Both the position numbers and the translations under genes were made by a program. From the IMG/VR virus record IMGVR_UViG_3300017902_000170, positions 1 to 37,973 of that record: DNA of 37,973 bases, one strand, 5' to 3'. Position 1 is the first letter of the stretch. Each line of letters begins with the position of its first letter. Shown piece after piece: positions 1 through 10,554 of the stretch. The DNA comes from a virus (taxonomy: Duplodnaviria > Caudoviricetes). Under the pieces are notes generated by a model. It did no database searches. It was given only the letters and a program-made list of their open reading frames with translations, and was not told where the DNA came from.

Positions 1-116
1 AGTTTTAACACAAGATTTCGCGGTGATGTATCTTCTAAATCTGCGACAAAGTTATTCTGAGCAATCAGATAACGTAGCGACTCAATTTCACCAATATTAG
101 GAACGAGTAATGCCAT
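1..116 (-). CDS. Partial (5' end) putative virion structural protein, MALLVPNIGEIESLRYLIAQNNFVADLEDTSPRNLVLK..., running off the left edge
   Basis: Hand-translated. ATG at 116, SD-like GAGG(T) at 126-130, TATAAATA late promoter at 161-168, frame open to the window edge. Confidence 0.8.
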   Translation of the reverse strand, partial: MALLVPNIGEIESLRYLIAQNNFVADLEDTSPRNLVLK

Positions 117-160
117 TGAAAAACTACCTCTAGGGGTCTAGTTGAACTAAGAACTATCTT

Positions 161-168
161 TATTTATA
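161..168 (-). promoter_or_regulatory. T4-type late promoter TATAAATA
   Basis: Exact gp55 -10 consensus; overlaps the stop of the 224-aa gene and lies about 45 nt upstream of the next ATG. Confidence 0.8.
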
Positions 169-838
169 ATTTTAATTTTAGAGAGATTAGTATCCTTCTA
201 ATATTGTTCACGCTTATCACGTTGAAACGGAGAATATCTCCCGCTACAATCGTGGATGTCCAATTATTTAGGACATCATCAAAGTATTTATCAGTATTGG
301 TAAGTTGAACTCTATTTCCACCAGTCATGGTAGAAAAATTAGGATAATCAGCAAAAGTTGTTTTCTCTATTTCAAATGTAATATCACCAGTCTGATCAGA
401 CAAAACTCTGATCTGTTCTATTACACCAGTAACATCTATGGTTAACTTACCTTTGTCTCCAGTTTGCATTGGGAGACTTCCACTATCGATGACATAGTTG
501 ACAGTTCGTGTCAAATCTGCGGCTGCAGCTAAAGCAATAATAACTATGTCATCTGAGTTTGCTGGAGCAGTTGTAAACACAATCTGATCCCCAGATATAT
601 TGTAATCGTTTGATGGATCTAAGAAAAGACCATTTTTAGTTACAATAAGTTGTTGGTTGTTGTTAGGAGAGTAGGGTGCTCCTTGATCATTTAATGAAAA
701 TGTAGTTTCAGACCCATCTTGTGCTGGAGTCTTTCCTATCAATATGTTCCCATACTGAATAGACTTAGAGGGAATCTCATAGTCTACACCGACATTGTAT
801 CTGCCAGGTTCGTTAAGGGTTACTAAGTAATCTGCCAT
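164..838 (-). CDS. Putative virion structural protein (224 aa)
   Basis: In the late operon, coupled to the upstream gene by a TAATG overlap. Contains the 'NG..L.P..DY.ISG..I.FTTAP' beta-sandwich repeat common in cyanophage fibre/baseplate proteins. Confidence 0.7.
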   Translation of the reverse strand: MADYLVTLNEPGRYNVGVDYEIPSKSIQYGNILIGKTPAQDGSETTFSLNDQGAPYSPNNNQQLIVTKNGLFLDPSNDYNISGDQIVFTTAPANSDDIVIIALAAAADLTRTVNYVIDSGSLPMQTGDKGKLTIDVTGVIEQIRVLSDQTGDITFEIEKTTFADYPNFSTMTGGNRVQLTNTDKYFDDVLNNWTSTIVAGDILRFNVISVNNIRRILISLKLKL

Positions 839-1170
839 TATGTTACGCCTGGAATTACGAGAACATTTCCTTGTATTGGTCTAGTCTTGTACGCATTAGG
901 CGATGTCAAAACCAGATCATACACATATCTTCCTCCTTCTATTGTAGATGTGACAGTCGATGCCAACGCTACTTTTATCTGTCCATTAACTCTATTAGGA
1001 AATGACACAACAAAAGAATTGAACTTTGTTGCCTCTGGATGTTTCTTTATTTTAGCTTCTCCAGTGTATCCAGTTAAATTTAAAGAACTTTGATCTTCAT
1101 TTCTAACAGTAAAAGTTGCCTCAAAATCTACACCTTGATCTAAAACTAAATTGATGTTCCTAGCTGTCAT
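838..1170 (-). CDS. Small beta-sandwich virion/baseplate-associated protein (110 aa)
   Basis: NLVLDQGVDF...GRYVYDLVL...G.V.V.PGVT pattern typical of small myovirus structural proteins; late promoter upstream. Confidence 0.7.
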   Translation of the reverse strand: MTARNINLVLDQGVDFEATFTVRNEDQSSLNLTGYTGEAKIKKHPEATKFNSFVVSFPNRVNGQIKVALASTVTSTIEGGRYVYDLVLTSPNAYKTRPIQGNVLVIPGVT

Positions 1171-1189
1171 CTTTCAAGAGGAGTTTTAG

Positions 1190-1399
1190 TTATTTATCTA
1201 ATTTACTTAAAATTAGCTTCATCATATCCTTGAGTTCATCAACGTCATCCTTTAGTTTATCCATTTCACTTACCTCTTTCATTTTATTTTCTTTCATTTT
1301 GAGGTAGTTATTGTATGCAGCATCATTACAATTCAATATAGCACCACTCTCTTCATCTCTATAAAGAGAATTACTATCTTTCACTTTTACTTTTTTCAT
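1190..1399 (-). CDS. Small coiled-coil protein (69 aa) coupled to the DUF4815 gene
   Basis: TAATG overlap at 1399; LYRD..SGAILN motif followed by a heptad-rich C-terminus. Confidence 0.75.
   Translation of the reverse strand: MKKVKVKDSNSLYRDEESGAILNCNDAAYNNYLKMKENKMKEVSEMDKLKDDVDELKDMMKLILSKLDK
1191..1198 (-). promoter_or_regulatory. Late promoter variant GATAAATA
   Basis: NATAAATA embedded in the last codons (GAT AAA TAA) of the 69-aa gene, about 20 nt upstream of the ATG at 1170. Confidence 0.6.
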
Positions 1400-4300
1400 T
1401 AGATAGATGCGATAGCTCTTAGATCACGGATCTTTGGAACATAAGCAAAGTTAGTTCCCGACATGATAATTTTAATCTGGAATCCGTTAAACTGTGGTAG
1501 ATCTTTTATATTGAACTCATATTCTTTATAGTCTTGATCTGTCTGAGATGCTAAGATTCTTCTGTCTGGTTTACCATTATTCTTAGCTGGATCAATTACA
1601 ACACCATTAGAATCTAGGTTTTCAAAGCCAGGGAATAGTTCAAATAATTGATACTGTGGTGGAGCATCAATTCTGAATACTCTGTATAATACTCTAATAT
1701 CATTAGTAGAGTGTCTGTAAGCATCAAACATAACCTTCAAACCATCTGCAGCCTTCTCAAGGGATACTACTTTAGAAAGATAAATTGCTGCACTTGGATC
1801 AGCGTCAAGGGAGTTGACTCTGGAATCTGTAGCATAATCTGTAATTTTAGAGTTAAGTCTGTCCATAACAGTGACCATATTGACTCTATCCAAGTCAATC
1901 ATAGGACTTACTTTTGTATCTTGTGTAGTTAAGAAAGCTTGTAGTGTAAATGATTTTCTGCCAGGGAAATCAACCAACTTATCTAATTCATTTGTTTTAG
2001 ATGCAATAATTCTAGGAGTGGGTAGAACATTATTGCTGTTTAATGATATACTCTCAAATCCCTGATCCACAAATCCACTTAAGTTTCCATCAGGACTATT
2101 ACCACTAAATGTTCTCATTCTACCTGATATATCTGTTCCATCAGGAAGTAAAGTAGAAAAATTAGGTCTAACAATGTTGAACGCAATATTTTGTGTTGCC
2201 ATTGGCCCATATGGTGTTCCAACTTGTACATACTGTTGATCATAACTACCACCAGACTTAGTTTCTCTAAAGAACAATTCTGGTAATCCACTAGCATTTC
2301 CAGTTGATCTGTCTAGTCCACGGCTAGAAATACCAACCTTCAACCAGTAGTGGTCTACATCAACTGGATACTTAGAAGTGTCTGTGTCAGACATCTTATG
2401 AGATGTATTAATTCTTCTCAAAGATACGCTATTCATTTCATACTTGAATATCTTATCATTGATGTTATAGTCACCAGCTTTGGTTTCATCCATAGATCTT
2501 GTGATATTGTTCAATGATGAAGATGAAGTGGTAACACCAGTGTATCTAATGATCTCATTTCCAATTTTTGCATAGCCTGGGTTTGAAGCATTAACTTCTG
2601 CACCCTCAAACGAAGTAAATATACCAACAGCTGTTACTGTGATATCACTTGTACTTGAAGAATCTACCGTAGCAGTTAGTTTCTCAGGTTTAACATCACC
2701 CTCTACTCCAGAAAGAATAACTTTATCTAAAGGAGAGTACATACCATGATTATTATGTCTTACACGGAAATGTAATCCATCGTTGATGTCATTAAGATAT
2801 CTAATAGCTCCACCACTTACAACACTGGTTCCGCCTCCACCAACATATACAATAGCAGATGATGAGTCAACTTTAGGTTTACCCTGAATATTGTTCAGGA
2901 CTAATGTATTGAAGGCACTTATAACACCAACATTATTAGGAATACTTAATTCAAGATTCTTACCAAAACCACCAGTGTTTGTTGCAGATACTGTAAGTAC
3001 ATCACCAGCTGAATATCCAGTTCCACCAATAGCGACTGTTGCTGCAACACCTACTCCACCATTTACAGTTAAGTTTACAGTTGCACCAGTTCCTCTTCCA
3101 AATTTTGATATTAAAGGTATATTGGAGTAAACAACAGATGTTGTAGCAAATCCAGTACCAGAATTTGTGATTGTTAGATTACTACCGATACCGATTGCAC
3201 CAAGAAGTTTATTCAAGTTCGCCTTGAAGTTTGGATTACTCTGTTGATAGATTGTAGTTCCTTCTGTTAAACCAGTTTGTTCAGCAGTTGTCAAACTTTT
3301 TGCTAATCCTACAACAGCGTTGTATGAAACCATGTCGATTGGATTAGGAACAAGAGAAACAATCTGTCTGTTTCCAATATCTAAATCAGGATTATAGAAA
3401 TTAACACTACCAGAATTTGCAGTAAATTCCGCTCTGTATAAATTGAACTTCAAGTCTTCTAACTGACTAGGATCCCATGTAGCACCGTTCTGTGATTTGA
3501 ATAGTGAACCAAGTAGAGGTTGTTGAGATACAATAATCTTTTCAGAATCTGCAGCATTGACTGTGGTGATATCTTCTTCACCCATCCTAGAGATGTACAC
3601 AAAATATTCGTTAGATGCAGAAAGAAGAACAAGAGCAAACTCTCCTCCACCTTCACAATAAACAGGTGATGGGAATGTAAATGTTGTAGCTTTAGATCCA
3701 TCATCAGATAAGACAACTTCATCAGGGTCAAGAATACACTCACCAAATGGTAATATTTCTTGAGTAGGTAAACCAGTCTGTAGTGTTCTTACTTGAAGTG
3801 TAACAGGCAATTCATTTGTGTCCTTCGCTGAGAAATAGACATCACACTTAGTTAAGTAGACTCCATTAACATCAGGAACTTCAAATGACTGTGCAAGAGG
3901 GTCAACCCATCTTGTTTGTCGAGTTGTTCTTTGATTAAATGCAACGTTTACTACTTCTCTTGTATCTGTGCTTGATATTTGTCTAGAATCAGATTGTGGT
4001 ATTCTTTGAACATCTGCGTTTCTTGTTCTGAGAGTAGATGCCTCAACTGTCTGTAAAGTTCCAGAAGCAGTGAAATTAGCTGAACCTTCACTATCTGTGA
4101 ATCCAGAGATAGTTTGATTAGTAGAACTGGATGATAATGTAAACGTCTTAGTACCAGTGTTGAATGTAGGTGCAGAAGGGACTGTTGGATCGGGTAAGAA
4201 TAGAGAACCTATAAGAACTCCTGCCTTATCTGTAATAAGTCTGATATTGGATACTGTTGCAATAGCACCACTGGATTGACCAATTAACTTCATTCCAGTA

Positions 4301-7300
4301 GTAATGTATCCATAGAATCCAGATGCAGCTTGAAGTTCTAAGGATGCAGTATCAACGTTTAGAATTGTAGTTGTTGACGAATATGTTGATGATATAGCAG
4401 AAGATGGTTCGTATGGATTTTGTTTATATGTTTGTGTTGGTGCATTGTATGGGCCATACTTATGGTTCTGATTGGCCAATCTAAATCTAATTGCATCATT
4501 ATTTGAGTTAGGACGACTTCCTTCGACAATTTCACCAGCACCAAACGTACCAGATACCATTGTGACTTCAACAAGTTTAGGCACAACAAATCTTGCCATG
4601 TCAATGTTATCGAAGAATGGATATAATCTTGTATTTGGTTTCAATCTTCTACAAACAAATTCAATGTTTCTAGATCTCATTGTAGCGACAACTTCTGTGT
4701 TAACTACTTTATCGCCAAGACTTGTAGTGTCAAATCTCTCACCAACTCTAAATTGAATACCCTCTCTAGTTTGATTGCTTCTAGTAACTGTAGTCTCAGT
4801 TCTAAATACCTCTCTTCTGTCCAAGAATTGTGTAGTTGTAGTGATTGGAATACCACCTCTACGAGGGCCTACAAATGGGCCACGTTTTTGAACTCTTCTT
4901 GAAAGAACTGTTGATTGTGTTTCAACCCTAGTAGCAGGGCCTAATGTTGAACTTCTTCCTGTCCATGTAGTTTCCCAACCACCCCAGTCAACAGGTGAAA
5001 GACCAGTATTACTATCAGCGCCAGTCATTCCCATCATTGAATTGAAACTACCTTCAATATCGTATGTTGCAGAAGTTCTTCTAGTTTCAATCCATGTATC
5101 AGTTGCAGGGTTTAGTTCAACTTGTCCAATCCAGTTTACAACAGCAAATGGGTTTACGTTTACAATTCTAGTAGCAAATTTGTTTTCTAGGAAAATAGTG
5201 TCATCATAATTCAAACATACAACATCACCAACTCTTCTAACATTAGAATCACCTAAGTCGCCTGCAAATCTATAGTCCGCTGATGGATTAGATGATGTTG
5301 CGGCACCAACGATAGCTTCTGATCCAAGTAATAAATCAATAGAAGTTGTATAGTGCTGTGGTCTTAATCTTCCTTCAGTAGAGTCAATAGATGCTTTAAA
5401 TTGTCTATTTGTGACATCACCAGAAGTCACAGACTTAAAGTTGTCAACGAAGAATCCAGACTTAAATCTATCAAGGTTAGTCTGTGGATCACGAAGAGAC
5501 ATATTAGTTGTTTCTACTTCAAGTAAAGACAAAGATGTATAGTATTCAATATTCTTAACTCTATCCTCAATAGTAGCGATATCCTTCATTCGGAATCGTT
5601 TGTGTTTAGCGATAGTTAATTTTACATCATCTGTGTTATAAACATAAGGAGGCATCTCAATGGTAGCCACTTCTAATGCATTGTCTATCGTGTTTGGTAG
5701 TTTTGGATAGACTGCTGGTGCTCCCTTTAATATTGAGAAAATACCTTCTTTACTTAAGAAAAGTTTGTCTATTCTGCCAAGGTAGTAATCATATGAAATA
5801 TTGAATGACTTATCCTGTGCAATAATATGTGATGTGGAGGATGTACCAGACTCAAATTGTCTAGCAAAGAACTCGCCAGGAGATCTACTTGCAACAGCAC
5901 TAGTTACTCTTGGTCTTAAATCAATAATATCAGAAGCATATATTCCACCCACAGTAGGTAAACTGTTCTTATATAAACTAGAGTCATATGAATTTACAGT
6001 TACAAAGTCGCCTGGGTCTGCAGCATCAATTACATAGTTATTGTAAATGACTGTAATTCTTCTTGTGGGAGCTTCAGTTCCTTGTTTTCTAACGATATAA
6101 GAGAAGTCAACATAATCCATTTCTTGGCCAGGATCAAACTCAAAGTCATTCTGAATATCCTTATCGCCAGGAATAAATGTCTGAACTACACCTTGTACAT
6201 TTGTTTCTTCAAAAGTAACTTCTTCGCCAACTTCAAATGTATTTTCATTCTGGTAAACGAAATTAACTTCATTAGATCCATTTGTTGATACAAATACAGC
6301 AGATGCACCAGAGTTTTTACCAATTATATTCTCACCTCGTAGAGCATTAAGAATATTGGTATTCAAACCAGTAAGTTGGAGAATAGGTAACTGAGGGTCA
6401 TCAGTAGTTGAAGATTCTAAGATAGCAAGAACATAAGCAACATCACAAACGCCTAAGGATATTCTCTTGTCTTGCACTCGATTACCATAGACTCCATCAT
6501 AAGTTAATCCATCATTTAACTTCATTAATCCAGTGCCTGACTGGGTTTTTGCGGACTTATTAACTGTGTAAGTTGTTGCTCTGTTTAATACTTTTGATTT
6601 TGGTTTTACATTTACTTTCTTCCAAGTAACTGTTAAAACTGCAGCACCAGAGGCAACAGATAATCCAGATAAGGTTACTGTTCTTCCACTAACTGTAAGT
6701 TTTTGATCTGTTAAGTTTTCTACAACACCAGTTGTTTTGAATGACAAGTTATAATCTTCTTCATCAAATGGTTCTAAGTTTAAATCAGCATCTGTTTCTA
6801 ATGTTCCACTAAAGGCATTATTAGCAACAGTGATCGAATATGACTTTCTAAATATAAGATTCGCACCATTTGTGTCTACGCTCGCAACATTAGGTCTAGT
6901 CAATTCACTGAATAAAAATGCAGTAGAGTTATTCTTAACTTCTAAAGTAACCTTGAATAAGTCATTTACATTAACATCAGCAGATGGTAATGCACCTGAG
7001 TTGACGTTAGTAACATCAGGGACAGCTTCGAGAGTAATATTCGTAGCAGTCTGAGCCGTGACACGGTTGAATGTTGGAACATTATTACCAGATACACTGT
7101 ATTGAATGATGTCTCCAGTTTTAATTCCAGCACTACCAAAGTTTGCACTAGGAGAAGTGATTGTAGATGCACCACCAGATTTTGCACTTACAGTGAATTG
7201 TGTTGCAATCGGAGCAATCAGATGTCCTAATCCTAAAACAGGGTCAGCACTAAACTTGTAATTAGTAGGATCATTTCCTACTAACTGTTTAATATCATCA

Positions 7301-8919
7301 ACCCCATAGTCTTCTACTCTATTAATACTTCTGGATACATCGACACCATTTATTTCTATCTGTTCTCCAGCTTGGAACTGCCCGTTTACTTGATATAAAA
7401 CTAACTGTGTAGAATTATTTGAGGCTTCGTAAGCATATCCTGTTGCACTACTATTTTTACCCTCAATAAAGGAAGGAACAGTTACGCTGGTTCCTGTGTT
7501 TAGTTGAAGGTATGTGAATGTTTGAATATCATAAAGAGATGATTCAAAGACTGTTGCTGAATCTGCATATCCAACATTCTTTACTTTGATATCATATAAT
7601 CTAGCAACACCAATTTGTTCACCATTACCTTCCCCAACAGTTGCAGTTCTCTTGTTGAAGAGATTTACATATGAGTCTGTGCCTATTCCTATAGGGGGTG
7701 AACCACTTACATGATTGAGTTCTATTTTTCTACCAATACTGAATGGTATAGATTCGTTGAATACTCTATCAGTAGTTCTTGGTTTCTCTACGTCTATGGA
7801 TGTGGTGCTGATTGTTTCTACTTCATATCCTTTTACATAAGCTTTTCCTGGCCCTACGTTCAAAGTCATTAAATCATCTGTAGGAACATTACCCTGTTGA
7901 GTTAATTGATTTGAGTAGAAGGCACCATCATTACCAACTCTGTTGTTTAAAGATTCTTTAGTGGAAACACTAAATGGATTTACATAGTAATGTCCTGATT
8001 CATCAAATGTTCTCTTCGCTAATTCATCACGGATTAAATTGTAGTTTGATTCTTTAACAAATTTCTGTAATTCACCATTATCAATCCTCATCAATTCTAC
8101 AAAGTTCTCATCATTTAGATCTGTGAGAGATTTCTTAATTAGAGTTGTAGATAGTTTGAATCTATCAGCACCAGGCGCTGCAAAGTTTGAGAATCCTCTT
8201 GCATTATCATATAGATCGTTGTCAGATGCAGAAGCAGTAACTAACTCTTCTTTTACCAATAAACCAACTCTGTATGATGGTGCATTACTATACTGATCTA
8301 GTATAACTGTGGAATCAGCAACGGTGACAAAAAATCCTCTGATAAAATAGACACCCTGAGCAATCTTTGCAGCCGCACCAGTAGCTGTTGAGTTAGATAT
8401 GATTGTTGTCGCAAAACTAGCACCAGATCTGATGCTAGAAAGGGAATAGTTTAAATCTTCTTCTAATATTAAGTTTTCACCATCTGCAAAGATTACCCTA
8501 GAAAAATCAGTATCACTAGAACTTTGATATTTGATGTATAGAGTATATGCACCTTTAGATGATTCTCTATTTGTAATATAATTTTCTACTTTAGCAGTAA
8601 CACCACTAGTTTCACCTTTAATCTTCTTTCCAATCAAGTTCTCTAGGTAAAGAGATACAGGAATACCTAAGTGAGTATCATCAATTTGTACAGCAGTGTA
8701 GTCCGAATCATATGCGATTTGGCCAGGAATTACAACAGAACCTTCCTTAAAGAAATGCTTACCAAATTTTTCAATCTGGTTCTGTAGAATAGATTGAAGT
8801 GTGGTAAGTTCTCTAGACTGTACAGGTAAGCCTGGTTTGAATAGTACCCTCTGATAATTTTTTAGTTCTTCAAAATCATCAAAGTATGGAGATGAATTTA
8901 AGTTGGTATTCTGTGGCAT
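1399..8919 (-). CDS. Large virion structural protein, DUF4815 / VrlC-like (2506 aa)
   Basis: N-terminus NLNSSPYFDDF...VLFKPG.PVQSRELT.LQSILQNQIE.FG, plus DRFKSGFFVDNF, DPLAQSF and LGSLFKSQNG..W motifs. Lies directly after gp8, as in T4-like cyanophages. Confidence 0.85.
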   Translation of the reverse strand: MPQNTNLNSSPYFDDFEELKNYQRVLFKPGLPVQSRELTTLQSILQNQIEKFGKHFFKEGSVVIPGQIAYDSDYTAVQIDDTHLGIPVSLYLENLIGKKIKGETSGVTAKVENYITNRESSKGAYTLYIKYQSSSDTDFSRVIFADGENLILEEDLNYSLSSIRSGASFATTIISNSTATGAAAKIAQGVYFIRGFFVTVADSTVILDQYSNAPSYRVGLLVKEELVTASASDNDLYDNARGFSNFAAPGADRFKLSTTLIKKSLTDLNDENFVELMRIDNGELQKFVKESNYNLIRDELAKRTFDESGHYYVNPFSVSTKESLNNRVGNDGAFYSNQLTQQGNVPTDDLMTLNVGPGKAYVKGYEVETISTTSIDVEKPRTTDRVFNESIPFSIGRKIELNHVSGSPPIGIGTDSYVNLFNKRTATVGEGNGEQIGVARLYDIKVKNVGYADSATVFESSLYDIQTFTYLQLNTGTSVTVPSFIEGKNSSATGYAYEASNNSTQLVLYQVNGQFQAGEQIEINGVDVSRSINRVEDYGVDDIKQLVGNDPTNYKFSADPVLGLGHLIAPIATQFTVSAKSGGASTITSPSANFGSAGIKTGDIIQYSVSGNNVPTFNRVTAQTATNITLEAVPDVTNVNSGALPSADVNVNDLFKVTLEVKNNSTAFLFSELTRPNVASVDTNGANLIFRKSYSITVANNAFSGTLETDADLNLEPFDEEDYNLSFKTTGVVENLTDQKLTVSGRTVTLSGLSVASGAAVLTVTWKKVNVKPKSKVLNRATTYTVNKSAKTQSGTGLMKLNDGLTYDGVYGNRVQDKRISLGVCDVAYVLAILESSTTDDPQLPILQLTGLNTNILNALRGENIIGKNSGASAVFVSTNGSNEVNFVYQNENTFEVGEEVTFEETNVQGVVQTFIPGDKDIQNDFEFDPGQEMDYVDFSYIVRKQGTEAPTRRITVIYNNYVIDAADPGDFVTVNSYDSSLYKNSLPTVGGIYASDIIDLRPRVTSAVASRSPGEFFARQFESGTSSTSHIIAQDKSFNISYDYYLGRIDKLFLSKEGIFSILKGAPAVYPKLPNTIDNALEVATIEMPPYVYNTDDVKLTIAKHKRFRMKDIATIEDRVKNIEYYTSLSLLEVETTNMSLRDPQTNLDRFKSGFFVDNFKSVTSGDVTNRQFKASIDSTEGRLRPQHYTTSIDLLLGSEAIVGAATSSNPSADYRFAGDLGDSNVRRVGDVVCLNYDDTIFLENKFATRIVNVNPFAVVNWIGQVELNPATDTWIETRRTSATYDIEGSFNSMMGMTGADSNTGLSPVDWGGWETTWTGRSSTLGPATRVETQSTVLSRRVQKRGPFVGPRRGGIPITTTTQFLDRREVFRTETTVTRSNQTREGIQFRVGERFDTTSLGDKVVNTEVVATMRSRNIEFVCRRLKPNTRLYPFFDNIDMARFVVPKLVEVTMVSGTFGAGEIVEGSRPNSNNDAIRFRLANQNHKYGPYNAPTQTYKQNPYEPSSAISSTYSSTTTILNVDTASLELQAASGFYGYITTGMKLIGQSSGAIATVSNIRLITDKAGVLIGSLFLPDPTVPSAPTFNTGTKTFTLSSSSTNQTISGFTDSEGSANFTASGTLQTVEASTLRTRNADVQRIPQSDSRQISSTDTREVVNVAFNQRTTRQTRWVDPLAQSFEVPDVNGVYLTKCDVYFSAKDTNELPVTLQVRTLQTGLPTQEILPFGECILDPDEVVLSDDGSKATTFTFPSPVYCEGGGEFALVLLSASNEYFVYISRMGEEDITTVNAADSEKIIVSQQPLLGSLFKSQNGATWDPSQLEDLKFNLYRAEFTANSGSVNFYNPDLDIGNRQIVSLVPNPIDMVSYNAVVGLAKSLTTAEQTGLTEGTTIYQQSNPNFKANLNKLLGAIGIGSNLTITNSGTGFATTSVVYSNIPLISKFGRGTGATVNLTVNGGVGVAATVAIGGTGYSAGDVLTVSATNTGGFGKNLELSIPNNVGVISAFNTLVLNNIQGKPKVDSSSAIVYVGGGGTSVVSGGAIRYLNDINDGLHFRVRHNNHGMYSPLDKVILSGVEGDVKPEKLTATVDSSSTSDITVTAVGIFTSFEGAEVNASNPGYAKIGNEIIRYTGVTTSSSSLNNITRSMDETKAGDYNINDKIFKYEMNSVSLRRINTSHKMSDTDTSKYPVDVDHYWLKVGISSRGLDRSTGNASGLPELFFRETKSGGSYDQQYVQVGTPYGPMATQNIAFNIVRPNFSTLLPDGTDISGRMRTFSGNSPDGNLSGFVDQGFESISLNSNNVLPTPRIIASKTNELDKLVDFPGRKSFTLQAFLTTQDTKVSPMIDLDRVNMVTVMDRLNSKITDYATDSRVNSLDADPSAAIYLSKVVSLEKAADGLKVMFDAYRHSTNDIRVLYRVFRIDAPPQYQLFELFPGFENLDSNGVVIDPAKNNGKPDRRILASQTDQDYKEYEFNIKDLPQFNGFQIKIIMSGTNFAYVPKIRDLRAIASI

Positions 8920-8925
8920 TTGCTT

Positions 8926-10521
8926 TTAAAACTCCAGCACTATTTTGATGTCTTCTTTTTGACTTGCGGATCTAGGAATCGCAGTTCTGTTATCAATATA
9001 GATTATTTCACCTGACTTAGTATTAAATTCTGCTGATGATATACCAGCACTAAAACTCATACCAAGTTGATATGTCTTATTATTTATTGAGGTACTGACA
9101 CCGTTATAAGAGGTGTCAACAGACAACATTGAACCAACTACAGAAGAACCAATAATTGTAACTCCGTAGCCTGGATCTGGATTAGATGTAAATGGAATTA
9201 TCTTATAACCAGTAGCACTTGATGCTGCACCAGCTGGTTGATAATACTTCAATACTCCAGTAACTTTGTCCCATGATGCAACATATCCTATCGCAGTAGA
9301 TCCTAAACCAACTGTTTGTGTTATCTGAGAGTCAACGGCATAAGTTGTAGCTGTCGTTACACCAGCAAGTTTTATCGCCTTCAGACCACTGACCATCGCA
9401 GTGTCTAGTAATTCTGTACTACTACCAAATACGGTGGGATTTTTTATAAGACCAACCCTAGCAAAGTCATTACCTTCAATGATATCAGGGTTAGTTTCTA
9501 TTGTCTCAAATCTTGAATATAATAACGCTCTGTATGCTCCTAATTCTCTATAGACATCATACCCATGTCCCCCCTTTGGTGGAATTATAACACTGAAACC
9601 AGCGATAGATGTCGTTCCTATTCCTGTGTTGGTAAGGTTAGCAAGAACACCGCCAGACTCAGAGCCAGGAGCGCCTGGAAAGAATTGTATAGATCCGTGG
9701 GTGTATCCTTCTCCTCCATCTGTAACAAATACTTCAGATACCTTTCCGAAAGAATCAATCGTAATTGTAGCCTTTCCTCCTGATCCATCTCCGAGAATCG
9801 GAACATTGGCAAAAGATGTACTGATCGGTTGATAGTTAGAGCCTCGATCATTGACAACAATAACTTCGATCTTTCCATCTATAGCATTAGCCTGTGTTGC
9901 AACAGTCTCGCCCTCAGCCCCCCAGTTTTCGGGCACTGGTATGTATTCAATAGAGTCAAATTTAACGATTTCGGATGGCTTAATCGTGTAAAGGTATTTC
10001 CAAACATAACCATCGCCACTAGTGCCAGCTGCCCTTGGTTCAAGGTCAACAAATGTGGGTTGGTCATATGAAGGCCTCCCCTTTGGGTTCTCTGGGTCTG
10101 ATCCATTTTGTAGACAAACGTAAACTTTCAAGTCTTCATTCACTATGTAGTAATTTGCTTCATACAAACTACCTTGTGAAGTAATTGGTGTGAGATTGTA
10201 AATATTATAGTCATGTCTGTACATCTCATAGGTTGTTCCAGCTACCCACTTTACCTTCCTTACAAGTCTACGAACATCTTTATCTGTAACCTTCTTCATC
10301 GCAATGATAGACTCTTTTATGGAGTATTCTTCCTCGAATCCATCTAGAGGTGCAGGGGTGTTGGTGGCCCATGTGGCAGTACCGCCTGCCGCTGGTTCGA
10401 TGGAATTTGGTAATCCCATGAAAGCATAATATTTGTTTACAGTAGATCCGACTCCGACAAAACTTTTCACAAAAGTCTCGGCATTTAGAATTCTAAACTG
10501 TTCGGATATAATAGCAGGCAT
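8926..10521 (-). CDS. gp8: Baseplate wedge subunit gp8
   Basis: MPAIISEQFRILNA start, VYVCLQNG, DGYVWKYLYTI, GHG.D.Y.ELG and C-terminal IIYIDNR..I.R...Q.EDIKIVLEF; synteny agrees. Confidence 0.9.
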   Translation of the reverse strand: MPAIISEQFRILNAETFVKSFVGVGSTVNKYYAFMGLPNSIEPAAGGTATWATNTPAPLDGFEEEYSIKESIIAMKKVTDKDVRRLVRKVKWVAGTTYEMYRHDYNIYNLTPITSQGSLYEANYYIVNEDLKVYVCLQNGSDPENPKGRPSYDQPTFVDLEPRAAGTSGDGYVWKYLYTIKPSEIVKFDSIEYIPVPENWGAEGETVATQANAIDGKIEVIVVNDRGSNYQPISTSFANVPILGDGSGGKATITIDSFGKVSEVFVTDGGEGYTHGSIQFFPGAPGSESGGVLANLTNTGIGTTSIAGFSVIIPPKGGHGYDVYRELGAYRALLYSRFETIETNPDIIEGNDFARVGLIKNPTVFGSSTELLDTAMVSGLKAIKLAGVTTATTYAVDSQITQTVGLGSTAIGYVASWDKVTGVLKYYQPAGAASSATGYKIIPFTSNPDPGYGVTIIGSSVVGSMLSVDTSYNGVSTSINNKTYQLGMSFSAGISSAEFNTKSGEIIYIDNRTAIPRSASQKEDIKIVLEF

Positions 10522-10544
10522 TTTAAAAAAACGTTTTTTTCTTT

Positions 10545-10552
10545 TATTTAGT
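10545..10552 (-). promoter_or_regulatory. Late promoter variant ACTAAATA upstream of gp8, followed by an A7-CG-T7 palindrome (10525-10540)
   Basis: CTAAATA variant about 24 nt upstream of the ATG; the leader closely matches that at 20594-20622. Confidence 0.6.
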
Positions 10553-10554
10553 GG